From: Dimorphilus gyrociliatus
Lineage: Eukaryota; Animalia; Annelida
NCBI GenBank assembly: GCA_904063045.1
Contig: CAJFCJ010000005.1
Location: 2,908,165 to 2,972,164, forward strand
Direction of reading: 5' to 3'
DNA length: 64,000 nucleotides
Within the stretch, counting starts at the first letter, position 1; each line of letters begins with the position of its first letter. This document shows, piece after piece, positions 24,032 through 50,756 of the stretch. A program made the translations under genes and the position numbers. Below the pieces are notes generated by a model that was not told where the DNA came from, made no database searches, and was given only the letters and a program-made list of their open reading frames with translations.

Positions 24032-25635
24032 ATGAGCGGTGGTGGTAAGTCAAATCCGAGTTATATTAAACGTCAAAATGTGAATATATAAAATTTTAGC
24101 TTGGTATTATTATGCGCCGGCAAAAAAATTGAATAAGGAGCCACAACCGGCCCCTCCACCTTCCCAAATTCCCGGTTTAAACGGAGAATTAAATGGAGAA
24201 GAGGATAAAAAGCCACAAATGATGATTAAAGATACAGATAGTAAATATATACAGTTGGCAAAGCAAGGTGGCAGACAAAATTTGTTAATGATTGAAGAAA
24301 AAGATACAAGATCAAAGGATCCAGTACCCTATCCAAGAGTAGACTGGTTTTACCAAGATGATATTCTAATGGAAGAGGAAGAAACTAAGAAGGCTGAAGA
24401 AAAAGCGTAAGTTTAATTTTATCATTTCTGTTACCGTATACGCAATATATGGTAATATTTGTACATTATAGTTGAATTTAGCTTGTCAGTTATGAAGTAA
24501 TCCTGTTTGAAAGACAAAAAAAATCCTCTTACTCTAATAGAAATATAATTTTGTCACATTCTTTTTTCAAATAAAGCCCAATTACCATACTTTTCCTCAT
24601 TAACTTTGTTAAAAAAACAAATTAAGCAGCATTGTTAGCTATTTCCTTCCTTTTCTTTCGCGTTACCGAGTTTTGAGGCAGTATCATTTATTAAAAATAA
24701 GCTATAGACTAATTAGTATTTACCTATCCTATCTAATTAAAAGTTATGGTATTGACAACGTACTGACATATTAAATTATGTTTTTTTTTGTAGACATTAT
24801 GAGCCAATGTTACCAGAGTATATGGTTCATGAGGAGTTTACTCAAGAAGGGATTGATGAATATGCACCTCCTCGACTTCCTTATGGATATGACAGATCAA
24901 CAGTATATGAAAGAGAAGGTCAACATGTGACCGATAAGACCGTTAAGGTATGCAAGTTTCAATTAAATGTAAATGATTTGCTACAAGCTTTAGTAATGTT
25001 AATGGGATTAATGTAAATATTTTAGATACCAGAGGCCAAGAAGGCAGGAATTTCTCAGCGGCTTTCAAAATCGGTCAAACAACCACAACCAATTGTAAAC
25101 CAAAGATACGGAAAAGCTAAACAAAGAACAGACCCAAAGTCTAAACACGAAGTCATGTAAGGAGTCAATAAATATAAAAAATTCAAATGAAATTAAATGC
25201 ACTTTTTAAATGAATAATTTAAAGGAAACTACCAGATAATAAAGACAGGGATTGTATGAGTAAAATTCTTTCATATGGCTATCAACATGAATGGTTGGAA
25301 CAGCGTTCGAACTATTTTGACAAGAAGAAAGACCATCAACAAACAGAGAATTTTTCGGTAAAAAAAATCATTACTTCTTACCTTGAATAAATAATTGCTT
25401 CTTTTATGACTAAATAATGAATTTTTTGCAGAAGGGTAACGAACGCAGGCAAATGGAAGAAGATAAGGAAAGAGAGTTATTTAAGTTAAGTAAATTTAAG
25501 AATGTCTCTTCTAAAGTTTCCCATAAACGAGATGGAGCTAAGCTTCCACCCCTAGAAAGACCAAATTCCAACAAACAGAGAGATGCTCTAAGATTGGGAA
25601 GAACTGATGATTGTATCGCTGTTTCCGGTAACTGA
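24032..25635 (+). CDS. C7orf57: C7orf57 homolog (uncharacterised conserved protein)
   Basis: Spliced product contains WYYYAP, PPPSQIPGL, IKDTDSKYIQLAKQGGR, PEYMVHEEF and SKILSYGY..EW. These match motifs I recall from human C7orf57. Confidence 0.85.
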
Positions 25636-26360
25636 GAAGCTCAAATTGTTTTATTTATATATTTATATTTTTTGTTGCTCATTGAGAAATCACGTGATAA
25701 AAATTACTAAAGCAATTTTTTTAAATACAAAACTGTGCAACTAAGATAATTAAGTTACTTCAACCATCAGTTAAAATTTGATGGCCTTTAAGAGTCACAT
25801 GGGCAAATGTCACCAATGTTGTTGCTATTTTGTGTATATACATAACATATATATATACTGTATATATATAAAATATACAGTAATACTGTAATATACACAG
25901 TATATGTCTGGGTATATTTATACATAGGTAAATATTACCTTATAAGGACTGTGAAATATGTTTAAAGTATCGTCTAAATAACAGTGAATCCCTAGTAAAC
26001 ACTTCTATTCATATTCTATCAGGAATGCAAATGGAATAGAATTGGTTCCATCTCTTTGTAATAGCTCCTAATGAGCTTGCACTTCTTTTTGCATAAAACT
26101 AACAAATAACAATACAGAAAATACCATATAAAAAGCGTAAATAGAAATTTTAACACTTGGAGTATGAAATGTATCCTCTCAATTCTGTATTCATCATTTG
26201 ACTACAATTGTTTTATAAAAATAAGCATCAATTTAGTCTTTTCTCGTAGAAAATAATTCTGGCAGTATTTCAAATACTCTTTCTATTTTAATAAGAATCA
26301 TATTAATAGTTAAACATTATAATTATTACGCTAGATTGATCACGATTGTTTATTTCCATT

Positions 26361-38680
<12,320 letters not shown>

Positions 38681-39369
38681 GACATGATGGTAACGAAACC
38701 AGGTGCAGGCCGCCTCTTTTAATGTGAATAAAATATTGCAACGCCGCCAAGCGGGCGCTATTGTATCGGCTAGTCACGGAATTCATATACTAATATATAT
38801 ATATACTGCATGTATGTATGGCACATATTCGCCTAACATATAAGCAAGTGAATGTATTAATGCCTGTACCTACTATTATTTATAAACTTTGTGTGATTGA
38901 TATGCAAAAGAGATTATACATTTCACTAGAGTAAAATATTCTTTCCCTTCAGTAGAAAATGTTCATGTACATATTTAATATCGGTTTGGTGTGAACACAA
39001 TGCAAATCACGTATACATATATGTGAAGCGTGTAATGTAGTGAGATATACTTTGTATCAAAATTTATACCTTTACATCTAAAATGTCATATAAGATGATA
39101 TAAGATGGACTTAAATAACAATATATTTACTATAAAAGCTTAATAAAAGAGGCTTTTATATGGTTTGGTATTTTTTTTTTCATTTTTGTGTACGTCAGTA
39201 TATTGTTAAACTTTCTCTTTTCACTATAAAAATGATGTTTAAAGAGAATAGTTTGGGAATCAAAGAGTGCATGAAAATTATATATTGACAACGAACAAAT
39301 ATTACAATAATAATTAAATAACTTCTTCTGTTCTTTTAGTGTTCTCGACGAATACCAGATGTTAAACAT

Positions 39370-41626
39370 CTAATCGTTATGCTTCTTCACTTTCTCTGAC
39401 TTTGCTTCGATTTTTGGTTTCCATACAAACGGCAATAATAGAATGCCTATGACGACTAGATGCATCCACCAATATTGATTATAACTGGAAAAGGGAAAAT
39501 ATAATAGTAAACAAATTAGCACTATTATTTAAACGTTAATAGTTGAAGTATTGTTGTTTTCTTCCCTTCCTACTACTTTTTTTTTTTTAATTAGGAATAA
39601 TAGTATTATCTTTGATACTTACGTGTAGAAATAGTATACTCTTTTCATGTCCAGTAAAGTGAAAGGTACAATGAAATAAGCTAAAGCTAAATGACTGAAA
39701 AACCACGTAACCACATCGTAGGATTTCTTCAACCAAGGTGGGGATAACATTAAAGGCCTAATTATCCTTCTTAGCTACAGAAGAAAGAGAATAAACAGAA
39801 ACAAGAAATAAGTCTCGTAATGACCTTGCCTATATAAAAATTCTAATGAATAATTGTAGTGTACTATATCCGAGGTTATAAAAATTACACTACTTTTTTA
39901 ATAATAACATAATAATTATCGATAAGAATAATTGTATATTACTTCAAGTATTACTTACTGTTCTTGCGGCGTTGGTCGTTAAGGCTCCTCCTAAAAACGT
40001 GAAATAATAGCCAGGATAAAATCCATGCCAAATTGCGCTTAATGTATAAGTAGCGTATGTTCTGTAAACGCCTTTTAATCTACGTTGACGAGTGAGTAAT
40101 AATGAAATTAAAGGCAAATCAACAAAGACAATAATAAGAACCTATCGTAGCAAATTCTTCTAAGCCAGATTGCAGTTTGTATATTCCAGTTATTTATAAT
40201 ATCGCGAAAACTAGTTGCAAATTCAATAGCTGGTATATTGACGTTTTCGATTAGGTTCCACTTGGCATTGTTCTTTTCATCATAACCGTTAAAGCCTAAT
40301 CCTGCAGCGTTATTTGTCGCTTCTCCTATTAGTTTTTTTGTAATAAAATATATAAGATTAAGAATAGTATTGAGAAATGGGAAAAATAAGCTAATCTAAA
40401 ATCAGACCTAGTTTCCAACCAAAATAATATTTCGATCTAGCCAAAAATACGACCAATATACAGATTAACGTTCGATAAACAAAATTATGATTTATGACAA
40501 AATTCTCATCCACCATTAAAGTTTTAGGGTACCAGGAAGCCAATGACATTGTGATACCAATACAGGTAAAAGCCAGAATTACATTTTTCACTACAACTCT
40601 CTACCAAGAAAAACCTAAGCGTGATCCATTCATAAAACCGGAAGATTAAAGTCAACTCACATTAGGAGAGGGTTCCTTTTCAATCTTTATTACATCACTG
40701 GACTCAGTTTTCTGCGTATATTGTTTCCCTTCGACAAAAACGGCATAATCTCTGTAGAAGCACATTGGTCCAAGCAAAATACCGTGAAAGCTGAAAATAT
40801 AACTAAAAAATTCCAGAAATGACGGAAGTTTGTTAATGGCCATAAGTCTTTGATCGTCACTCAGCCTTTCTTTCTTCCTTACTCTGAACACGCCGTCGTA
40901 GGCACTAAAAGCTAGGGACGTCACTTTCTGAGTGCAAATCATTAAAGGTCTGAAAATATTAAAAAATATTCTCATTTTTCAATACATAACCCTTTTTAAA
41001 TATATACCCAGTTATATCCAATGTATAGGCGCCATAATCATAGTACATGTTGTAAATATGCATCAGGGAAAGATACCCGATAGCTATTGCAAATACAACG
41101 CTGTTATTAAAAAAAATTTCCATTATTTAATATTCACGAATAGAATAGTTAACATTACTTACATGTAACTAAATGATATGGGGAGAAGCAATAATACAGC
41201 ATAACACAGCCCCGATTGAAAAAGCAAATGATAAATTTGACTGGAAATATTACATGATAAAGTTTCTACAATTAATCATATAAATAAAACTGAACCTCCC
41301 GAAACAGAAGATACCCAGGACAAGCCCAACCGACAAAGAAATTACATGGCGGGTTGTTGGGGACACTCTAGATGGATGGAGCTTTCCTCTGTAAAAGAAA
41401 GCGAAGCCCAAAGCGAACAATTGACTGACTATATAGTTCGTCTGTTATGAATACAAAATTACCGATTATCGCTCACTTCAAAAATACAAATAAACAAACA
41501 GAAATTTTGTTCATAAAATAACTTTTTATCGAAAGATCACACAATATTAACCTGGTCTAATGGAAGACCGACAAATGATGCAAAAGGATCTAGAAGTCTA
41601 CTGCCTGAATATTTTGATGACACCAT
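39370..41626 (-). CDS. MBOAT2: Lysophospholipid acyltransferase MBOAT1/2 (Oysgedart-like)
   Basis: Multi-exon. Contains GPLMICTQKVTSLAF, YFGWKL, catalytic LSAIWHGFYPGYYFTF and terminal YNQYWWMHLVV...KKHND*. Confidence 0.92.
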
Positions 41627-42033
41627 TTTCGGTCCAGATGGCGTTACACCAAATCGAAATTAGTTCAAGAAGTGACAATACAATTGTCCCAAATAGGCCT
41701 ATAAACTCTATTATTTTTGTGATTTAAATTAAGAATCAATTTCAGCAGTCATGGATCACGATTCGAAATGTCTAATTTCCAATACTACGGCTAAAATTAT
41801 TTAAAGTAATTAGCGATGAAAATAGTTATCTTATACTGAAAAACATGTACCTTTTTATAGCCTTACCTTTCAAAAGCAATTTTGATAAATTGTTGTCAAC
41901 ATAAATATAAGTAACACGAGTATCACATTTGATACATTAGAGCTATTAGCATAATTTTAGAGAACAAAATTAAAAACTTTTAACACTTGGTAATTATCGG
42001 TTACCGGTTGTTATCTCTAGTCTTTAACCGGTC

Positions 42034-44544
42034 ATGGCGTTCGCGGAATGGAATGCGATTTTTATATATTTCTTTCTTTTTATTTCAATAGCTAAGTCTC
42101 AAAATTCAACTACGACAGCGCAAACTCCAACTTCGTCTCGAGCTCCAACAAATCCCCCGCCATCACCACAAGGAATACCAAAAAATACTGGTAATTTTTA
42201 AAAAGTTCATGTGGCGACTCGTTTATTTCCCGTTTTTGATGGCTTATTAATTTCGCTTCAATATTTACATTCCAGATATAGGAACTTGCGTTTGTAATCT
42301 CATACTAAATAAATGTGACATAAACTGTTGTTGCGATGAAGATTGCACTGATTTTGATAGAGAAGCATTTTCAGGATGTATTGACTTGCCATCGAGGTCA
42401 GATGGTTATTATTTTTTTGTGATACTATATTAAATTAGATATTTGTATGTAGATATGATGGAAAGTCTTGCACCAAAGAATATTTTATTTCTCGGTCTAA
42501 TACTGGTAGTTACCAGACGGAAACTACAGGAGATTTCTTTTGTGTTTTCAAGGATAATTGTAACTATAATCTGAAAGAGTTTCTGACTTCAAAAGTGTTA
42601 TATAATTATTTAAAAATAATATAACAGACAAGGAAAGAAATTATTATACCCAACCCGATCTCTTAAGAACAGAAGATGATTTTAAGAAACGACTATCTAA
42701 AGTAAGACGCTATACCTTTAAGAGAGGAGAAGAAAATTTACAACTCGATAAAATAGATCGATATAAGGTAAATTTAATTTAGATGTAAAATCTACATATT
42801 CTCTATAAATTCTATAAATTTTCAGAGCGGTTCATTGATACTAACAGTATCAAACTCATCAGTTATAAGTTATATGAGTCAGCCTTCTCCATCTCATAAT
42901 CAAGAATGTTTAGATGGAAATCCAGCAGGTATACTTCTTTTGAAGGATTTTTAGAAAAAGTAAAATAATCCTTGATTTTTTTATTACTACTACAGAATTT
43001 CTTATTGACAAGACGTTTTCTTGTAATCGTAAAATTACCAACTTTAAAGAGGATTGTACTGGAATTGAAGGACTGAATGCTCAATATTACTATAAAAACT
43101 TTACAATTTTAAGAGTAAGTAATATTTTTTATCTAAGAATGCGAGAACAGTTTATTATTGAATTGCAGACACCGAGAATTCCCACCAATGTAGATGATAT
43201 ATTAAATCCACCCTACTCGTTTCCAATTAGTTGTAACAAGTCTAATAACGATTTAAACTGTTTTGACGGTGACCTTCCTGAACCACAACTAAATTGTTCT
43301 TTGGCTAAATGTACCTGCGAAAACGTTGTGGAGACCGTAAGTTCCAAAATAATATCTAAGAGATGTTCCTAAGGCTAAAACTTCACAGATATTCTTTAAA
43401 GTCTATCATGAAAGTGATACAAATTCAACAAGAATAGTAAGTGTAAAAATTTCAGCTATTCTGAAAACTATATCGGAGGAAGACACATTTGTCGGGCAAA
43501 CTCATACCTTTGATTACCTTGAGGTATTTTCTCTTTCATATTATAATATTTTAGTATTTAATTACCAATAAACCGTTTTCTATCGTTTAAAAGTCGAGAC
43601 GTGAGTCGAGTGAAAGCGATATTTTCATTAAAAGTGGAAATCCAGGATACTTAAGAGGAAAACCTATATTGGCAGGTAAATTGGAAGATGTATCACAGCC
43701 AGATGGAAGCATTAAGTTCGCTATTGTTATATTATAGTTACATGAACTTATTAATGATTTGTCGATTATTTAGGCAGATAATAAACTTAAGTCAGGACAG
43801 AAATAATTGGTTAACTATGTTGGCCTCATTACCTGGGGGGAAATGCGCTGTTACTACAGATAGAGTTCCGATAAAGTTCGGAGAAAATATGAGAACTGGT
43901 TGTTTATATCAGTAAGTACGCAGTATAAGCTTACTATTGCAGTGTTACTCTTTTTGTCCTTCTATGCAGAGTAACAAAGAGTCAATTGGACAAAGAGTGC
44001 TTATTTATACAAGACTACATCATTCAAGCTTTAATGGGAGAAAATGTTACAATTAGTGGATTGCAAAACTGGAATCGTTATATAGCAACATTTGGAAATA
44101 CGTTCCAAACAGTTACAGCTGATTGGATACAAGTTGTAATCATCAATCGTCCCAGCGGGACTGTAAGTAAACTTGATCTATTATTTACTATTTGCAATAA
44201 AATATTCCTATTTCCCAAATTAGCCACAGTCAAATCCAGGAATATGTTCAGGTGTTGTTACATCCGTGCATATACAAATAGCATACGCTAACATAGGGAG
44301 TTTGAACAATCCTCAAAGTAGAATTGTCGGAGTAGCTTACAGATTTCCACAACAAACAACATCTATTAAATATCAATGCTCAGGTTTATATTGCCAACCT
44401 GGTACAGAAAATCAAGTACAAAATTTCGAAATATCAAGTTCAGTTGAATTTGTCGACATATCCGGGAAAGCTGAAGGAGTTGAAGCTGCAACTCCAAAAC
44501 TTAAACAGAGACTGCCAGAAGACTTTTTCTATCCGTTTTTATAA
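42034..44544 (+). CDS. TCTN1: Tectonic-1-like ciliary transition-zone protein
   Basis: Signal peptide, Cys-rich CVCNLILNKCDINCCCDEDC, KSGNPGYLRGKPILAG, PIKFGENMRTGC and a LPEDFFYPFL* end like TCTN1. Confidence 0.92.
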
Positions 44545-45318
44545 TTATTTTCTATGTTAATTTTAGTACCAAATTTATACAACTTAGAAAATACAATTCC
44601 GTCCGACTTAGGTTTTTACATAAACTAAAAAAGCTACTATAATGGCGGAAGATTCTATTCGAAATCAAGAGATCTGAATATCCTCTTAAATAATTAAAAA
44701 TTATTGATTAATTTTTAATTGCTTCCTAATTAGGTACTCGCCTTTTTTACTACATAGTAGTGCTTTTCAATTGCATTGAGGAAAACTACAAGTTTTAAAT
44801 TTAACGATGTTTTCACTTTTAATTTTCACTAATTCTCCTGTTTTTTAATGCAAGATAACAGCTTTTCTACCATCCGCTAAATCTCTTCTAACAATACTCT
44901 TAATATAAAAATCTTTATTAAAAAAATCCCATACTCTCCCTTTAATAGTCAACTATCAGGAAGAAGAAAGCAAAAAGAAAAACACAACTATACTTAATCT
45001 CATCGATTTGTTTTTTACAAAGCAATTTTAATGTATATTGAAAAAAAGAGGGCGGAGTTAAAATTACCTGACAAAACTCAAAGTTGTGTCTGGTATTTAG
45101 GTATACTCACTTCCACTTGAACCAACGGAAAATACCGCCAACTGAGGAATGATTCAAGTCTTTCGTTAAATTTCTGAATAAATTGGCTGATTCAGAAATT
45201 AATTTAGTCATTTTTTAAAACCTAAATAATTTCACAATCCAATATTATTAAAGAAATTGAAAGGAATATTTTGTACTTAATCAGTTTAGGCCGTTTTTCT
45301 ATTCCTATTGTTTTGAAA

Positions 45319-48300
45319 ATGTCTTCACAAAGCCTGTGTAAGTTAATAGCATTCAAAAATCTGTATTTTTATCTTATAATATATGTAAATTAAATAGCGA
45401 AAGCAAACTCAGAAATCGAAAAGCAGGAAGATAAAAACATAAGACAGTACACGTTTAGAACCCGTCGAAATAGACAACCTCTTAGAACCTTAAACAAAGA
45501 GAATCAAGATCAGACCCTGGACGATATTACCGATTCGGAAAGTGATGAACAGAAAGATTTAATTACTGATGAGGACTCAGATTGGGAAGTAGAACAATAT
45601 AAGAGTGTTAAGAAAGAATTAATAAAATCTCATCGTTTCTCTCGGAAAAAGAAATCTTGCTCTGAAGATAACGAAGAAGAGACAAAGCAACTTGTTATAA
45701 AAACTAAGAGTAGTAAAAAGAAGAAAGAAATTACTGTTCGAGGTCCTAAAGGAACTAAGACCAAAGGAAAAGAACGCAAAGTGAAGCCTGTCATAAAAAA
45801 CTTCTTAGCCTCCGCTTCTGAGAGTGAGAATGATGAAAAAAGTATTGGTTGTCCTGATCTTTCAAAGAGTGCACTGAAACAACGGAGAATAACTAATGTC
45901 CATCAAAATTTATTGATCGATTCCCCTCAAGAAGATAAGATTACTTTAAAACCTAAACGATCCATTATTCCGAGAATACCTGAAATTAAACATAAATCTA
46001 ATAAAGATAGGGCTGAGTCTTCAATTAAAAAGTTTACCGCAAAAATAGAAATGAAGAGTAATTCCAAAAAAAGATTATCTCTTGAAAAGAAAACTGAAAA
46101 AAGCACTGCACATTTGCATGACAAATTATCTAGTCATACAATTGTTAGGGATGAAATCCCTACTAAAATAGATATAATATCGCGATGCCACCGTCGAATT
46201 AGTGCTGATGAAACTTTGATGTCTGTAAATGATACACTATTTCAGGAAAATATTCCTTGTAGTACTTTCGTTGAAGAAGATAATCCTAATATGACATTTT
46301 CTGTGCAAGAAGAGGAAACTACTCCGCTTTCAAGTAATTTACCAGAAGTCGATAGTGAGAAAGTAAGAAAGAACTTCGCAAATATATTCAGCAATGATTT
46401 CAAAACAAATATTTCTACGAAAGAAGATGCTATTGAAGATTTAACCAAAGTTGAAGATAAATTACGTACCTTTTGTATAAGTGAATCAACTATTTTACCC
46501 GAAAAAACACCTGATAAAGGATTACTAGATGGATTGAAACTTAATGAAAATACTACAACCTGGATTTCAGAGAATTCTGCAAAACCAAAAATTCTTGTCA
46601 ATGACACACCGGAGGATAACTACAAAAATACAGTGATCAAAGATAGAACAGCTATAGATATGGCTTCTGTTAATGATTCCTTTAACGATTCCGAGTGTCA
46701 ACAAGAGATAATCACTGAGAAGAAATCAGATATATCTTCTGTTATTGGGACAGCGAACGGCTTACAGTCTTCAGATAGGAGTGATAGCATTACTACTGCA
46801 AAAAGTCCAACCAAAATTACTCCACTGGTAACAGATTGCGTAAAAAGCTGGATTCATGATGAACTTGCTGAAGTGGATGAAAATAAGTCAAATTTAATCG
46901 TTCATGAGGCATCATCCGATAAAAAGAAAGACTACAGCTGTGAGAAAACATTTATCATTCTCCCAAACAAGCCATCTCCTAAGACAAACGAATCGACTGG
47001 TGAAACCTGTTCAATTTCAGAAAATAAAGAGCAATCTAACAACCATGTATTATTAAACAATCCCAAATCTGATTCGATAAACTCAGCCGGCGATAAATCA
47101 GTCATTGTTGACCACAATAAAAACGGTCAAAAAGAATTAACAGAGAATGAAGAAAATAATGTACTGATCGGTGAAAATACTAATGCAGAGATTACAACTG
47201 ATCTCAAGCACTCGTGCAAAGTCGAAAACCTTAATGGGAGGAAGTTAATCAAGGCAAAATCTGTCTTAAGCAGCACGAGAACTAGCCCTATAATGGAAGC
47301 CGTGTTACAAGCTGAGAAACAAAAAGCTTCTAAACCCCCTGTCCCTGATAATAATGTACCTGATAAAAAAGGAAAAAAAAAGAAATCTAAAAAGTTAACG
47401 AAAGAAGACGTTTTAAGTATGCACATATTTAGTTCTGATGATGATTGTGAAGCTCTAAAAGTCACTTTGGAAGAATCCAGAAGTGGTAGAGAGTCTGATA
47501 CACAAAAAACTCAATTAGAGGTTAAATCAATATCATTAAAAATTTCTACTACTGATAGTGTTGAATTATCTCGTCTATCAATTAAGAGTGAAAGCTCTCG
47601 TAATGAATCAAAACTATCGTCTAAATACTGTGGATCTTTACTAAAGGACAAAGAAGAGAGTTTTGAGTCTTCAGCCGATATTTCTTCAAGTAGTCGAAGA
47701 AGTGAAGAAAAACACAAAGAAAATATAGTTAAAGGATCACAGCCTGTCATTGATAATGAACTCGATCCTGCTTTAATTGATGAATCACCTATTTCCTCCG
47801 GTATAAAAGATCTTCATCAAGCCACTAGTTCGGGGGTATCAACAAGGTCATCTTGTAGTCGGGTATTTTCCAGTGAAAAGAAGGAAAGTGCAGCTGTATT
47901 TCTTTTGTCTGATTCGGATGATAATGAAAAGGTTGAGTCAAATTCTGATTCAGATTTAGAACCAACTGTGAGGCGAGTTGTACGGAGGATTGACTTTGAA
48001 GAATCAGATGATTCTCGAACCAATGAAAAACTTGAAATTTCTAGTGGAAATATTAGTGAAAATGAAGAAATCAAACGAGCAAGAGACAACTGTAAGCTTC
48101 TTCTTTTAAAATAGATTATTACAATATACCTGTTATATATTATGTAAGTATATTTTTTCCAATTAGTGAAATCTGCTAGAGAATATAGAGATTTATCTGG
48201 CCAAGAAGAGGAAGAAGATGTTTCTGAGGAGGACGATAGGTACTCTTTTTTTTAAATTAAACTTTAGAAAACCTAACCTAACTGAATTTTTAATAAATTC

Positions 48301-48351
48301 GCCAGTTTCATAGTACCAGATGAATCAATAGATGAGGATGGAGATTATGAC

Positions 48352-48382
<31 letters not shown>

Positions 48383-49947
48383 GAGAGGGAGAAAAGGATG
48401 ACGAAAATACTGCTGATGAAGATCAGGAAGATGGTGATGATGAGCACGGGAAGGAAGGGAAATATGTTGAAGAGGAAAAAAATGACCACGAACTCCAAGG
48501 GAAAAGCAAAGGAAATTATAAAGCAGAAGAGAGAAAGGAAGATGAAATAGGTCATAACGATGATGAAAATGGATCATCGGGCGAATACGAAGTTGTTGAT
48601 TTAGAAAGGTGGTATTTAATTTTTTTACTGGTATATTAAAATATTTGCTTTCATTTTTTTTTAGTTCCGATGATAATGAGCTTTATCAAACGTGTCGATC
48701 ATTTATTGATAGTACATCAAGACAAAAATTACCTTCCTTTGTAGATGCAGAAAAACAGAGGAAAAATTCTGGTAACTAATATTCCATCATGATAAATGAA
48801 CAATAAAACGATTTTAGTATTAGCAATTCATTGTTTTTGTGATTGTTAGGTTTTCTCGTGAGACGCTCCACTAAACAAGATTCTACAGAAGTCGATTCAA
48901 GTTCTGGTAGTTGCTTTCTTCTAATGTCGTCCGATTCGGACGAAGATGTATTTGTTGACGACAAAGCTAGTATGTAATTTTATTCTTAGTGTTCAACAAA
49001 TATATGTTTTATTACCTTCATTGTGCAGGTAAAGCGCCTGAAATAAGAATAAGAACTCTAACTCCAGATAGATTTCCCCCGAAAAGGGAAATTTTGAAAA
49101 CAACTCGTCCAAAGGATGATAGTTGTTTGTACTACAACTTTTTGTACTCGCTATCGGATTATGTTGATGAAAAAACGAAGAAAAGACATCCGAATGCTAT
49201 TCGATTCGTTGAAAAGTTTCAAAAGCATAAAATTGAATTAACGGAAAAACTTTTCAATGAGTATAATAAAAACGTATTTGATGGAAAATTACCTGAAATG
49301 GAGGTTAAATGGAATAAACGACTTCTGACAACTGCTGGATACTGTAAGTACATGAGCAATAAGGCGACAAAAGCCCACAAAGCCACCATTGATTTGAGTG
49401 ATAAAGTTTGTGACACATCTCAACGTCTTCGTGATGTTCTTTTGCACGAAATGTGTCATGCGGCAGTGTGGTTAATAAATAAAAGAAGAGAAGGTCATGG
49501 TCCTTGTTGGAAATTTTGGGCTGGACTTGCTATAAATAGATATCCGAATTTACCGAAAGTCTCAGTTTGTCACAATTACGCCATTACAAAAAGATTTTTA
49601 TATACGTGTAACAATTGCAATTATCAGTAAGTCTGTCAATCTATAATCTGATATACTGTATATATATATTATATGGGTTTTTTTATAGGATTAGCAGACA
49701 TTCAAAATCACTAAATACTAATAAATATTCATGTGGAAAATGCAAAATGGGCAGATTTGAGGTGCAGCATAATCCAGCTTACAGTACAATCAGAAAAAAG
49801 AGAGTTAGAGATGTACCATCAACACCAAATCCATTTGTGGAATATATCAAAGAAAATTATGGAAGTGTTCGAAAACAGAATAATTCTCACTCTGATACAA
49901 TGAAAGTTTTAAGTGAACAGTTTAGACAAGTTAAAATATCAAAATAG
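45319..49947 (+). CDS. GCNA: GCNA/ACRC: long acidic disordered region, SprT metalloprotease, zinc-binding domain and HMG-box-like tail
   Basis: ATG at 45319 splices into a roughly 2.7-kb low-complexity exon. C-terminal part has VKWNKRLLTTAGYC, LRDVLLHEMCH (HExxH), GHGPCWK, CxxC...CxxC and NPFVEYIKENY. Confidence 0.92.
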
Positions 49948-50756
49948 CTTAAATATATAGACATATATTTTTTTACTTTGTCAGTCTATTATTTTACTGT
50001 ACAAATAGAAAATTCTCGTATTGAAATAACACACTTTTTTTTTTTTAAACAAAAATGTTTCCTTTTTCTCTCTCATCTATATTTGCCTGTATGTTTGTTT
50101 CTTGTTTTTATTCTCCTTTTTTTTTATCAATCCCTTCAAAGTCTATTTGTCTAATATGTTAAATTTCCTTTTTTCTTTTTTTTTAAAAAAAAGTTCTTGT
50201 GCAGTCATTCTTTCTTTGAAAATATCTTAATAGACATATTTCCATAAAAAAATACCTAGTGTAGAAATAATAATATACTGAGTCATTTTTTCTATAAAGT
50301 ATTTAAATGTATTGGAGATGCTAAGAGATAAAAAAAATAATACAAATTGGAAAGAAACAAGAGAAGAAATCTTGTTCTTTTCTGATTATCCATTAAAGTA
50401 GACTAGAATGGGAAATTTATAATAACTAGTCAAGTTACAATTGAATGTTTTAATGATGAAATTGAACCTTATTTAAATATTAAATATGTAAAATAAGATG
50501 CGTAAACAAACCATTGAATCTCAATTTTTCTCATCAACTACTCATTCTGTAATATTAATTAGTATTTAAAATGATAAAGTTATATCTTGGTATTATTTTT
50601 TAGGATGATGAAGACGCAACAACGAATATTAGCGAACAATTTAGTAAATCTATTGACATTGCTCAACATGAAATGGAGAACAAAGCAACTGGAAATCTTA
50701 TAGATAGTTTTAATGTAATTATTTAAATGTACACATTTACTGATTGTGTTTATTAA

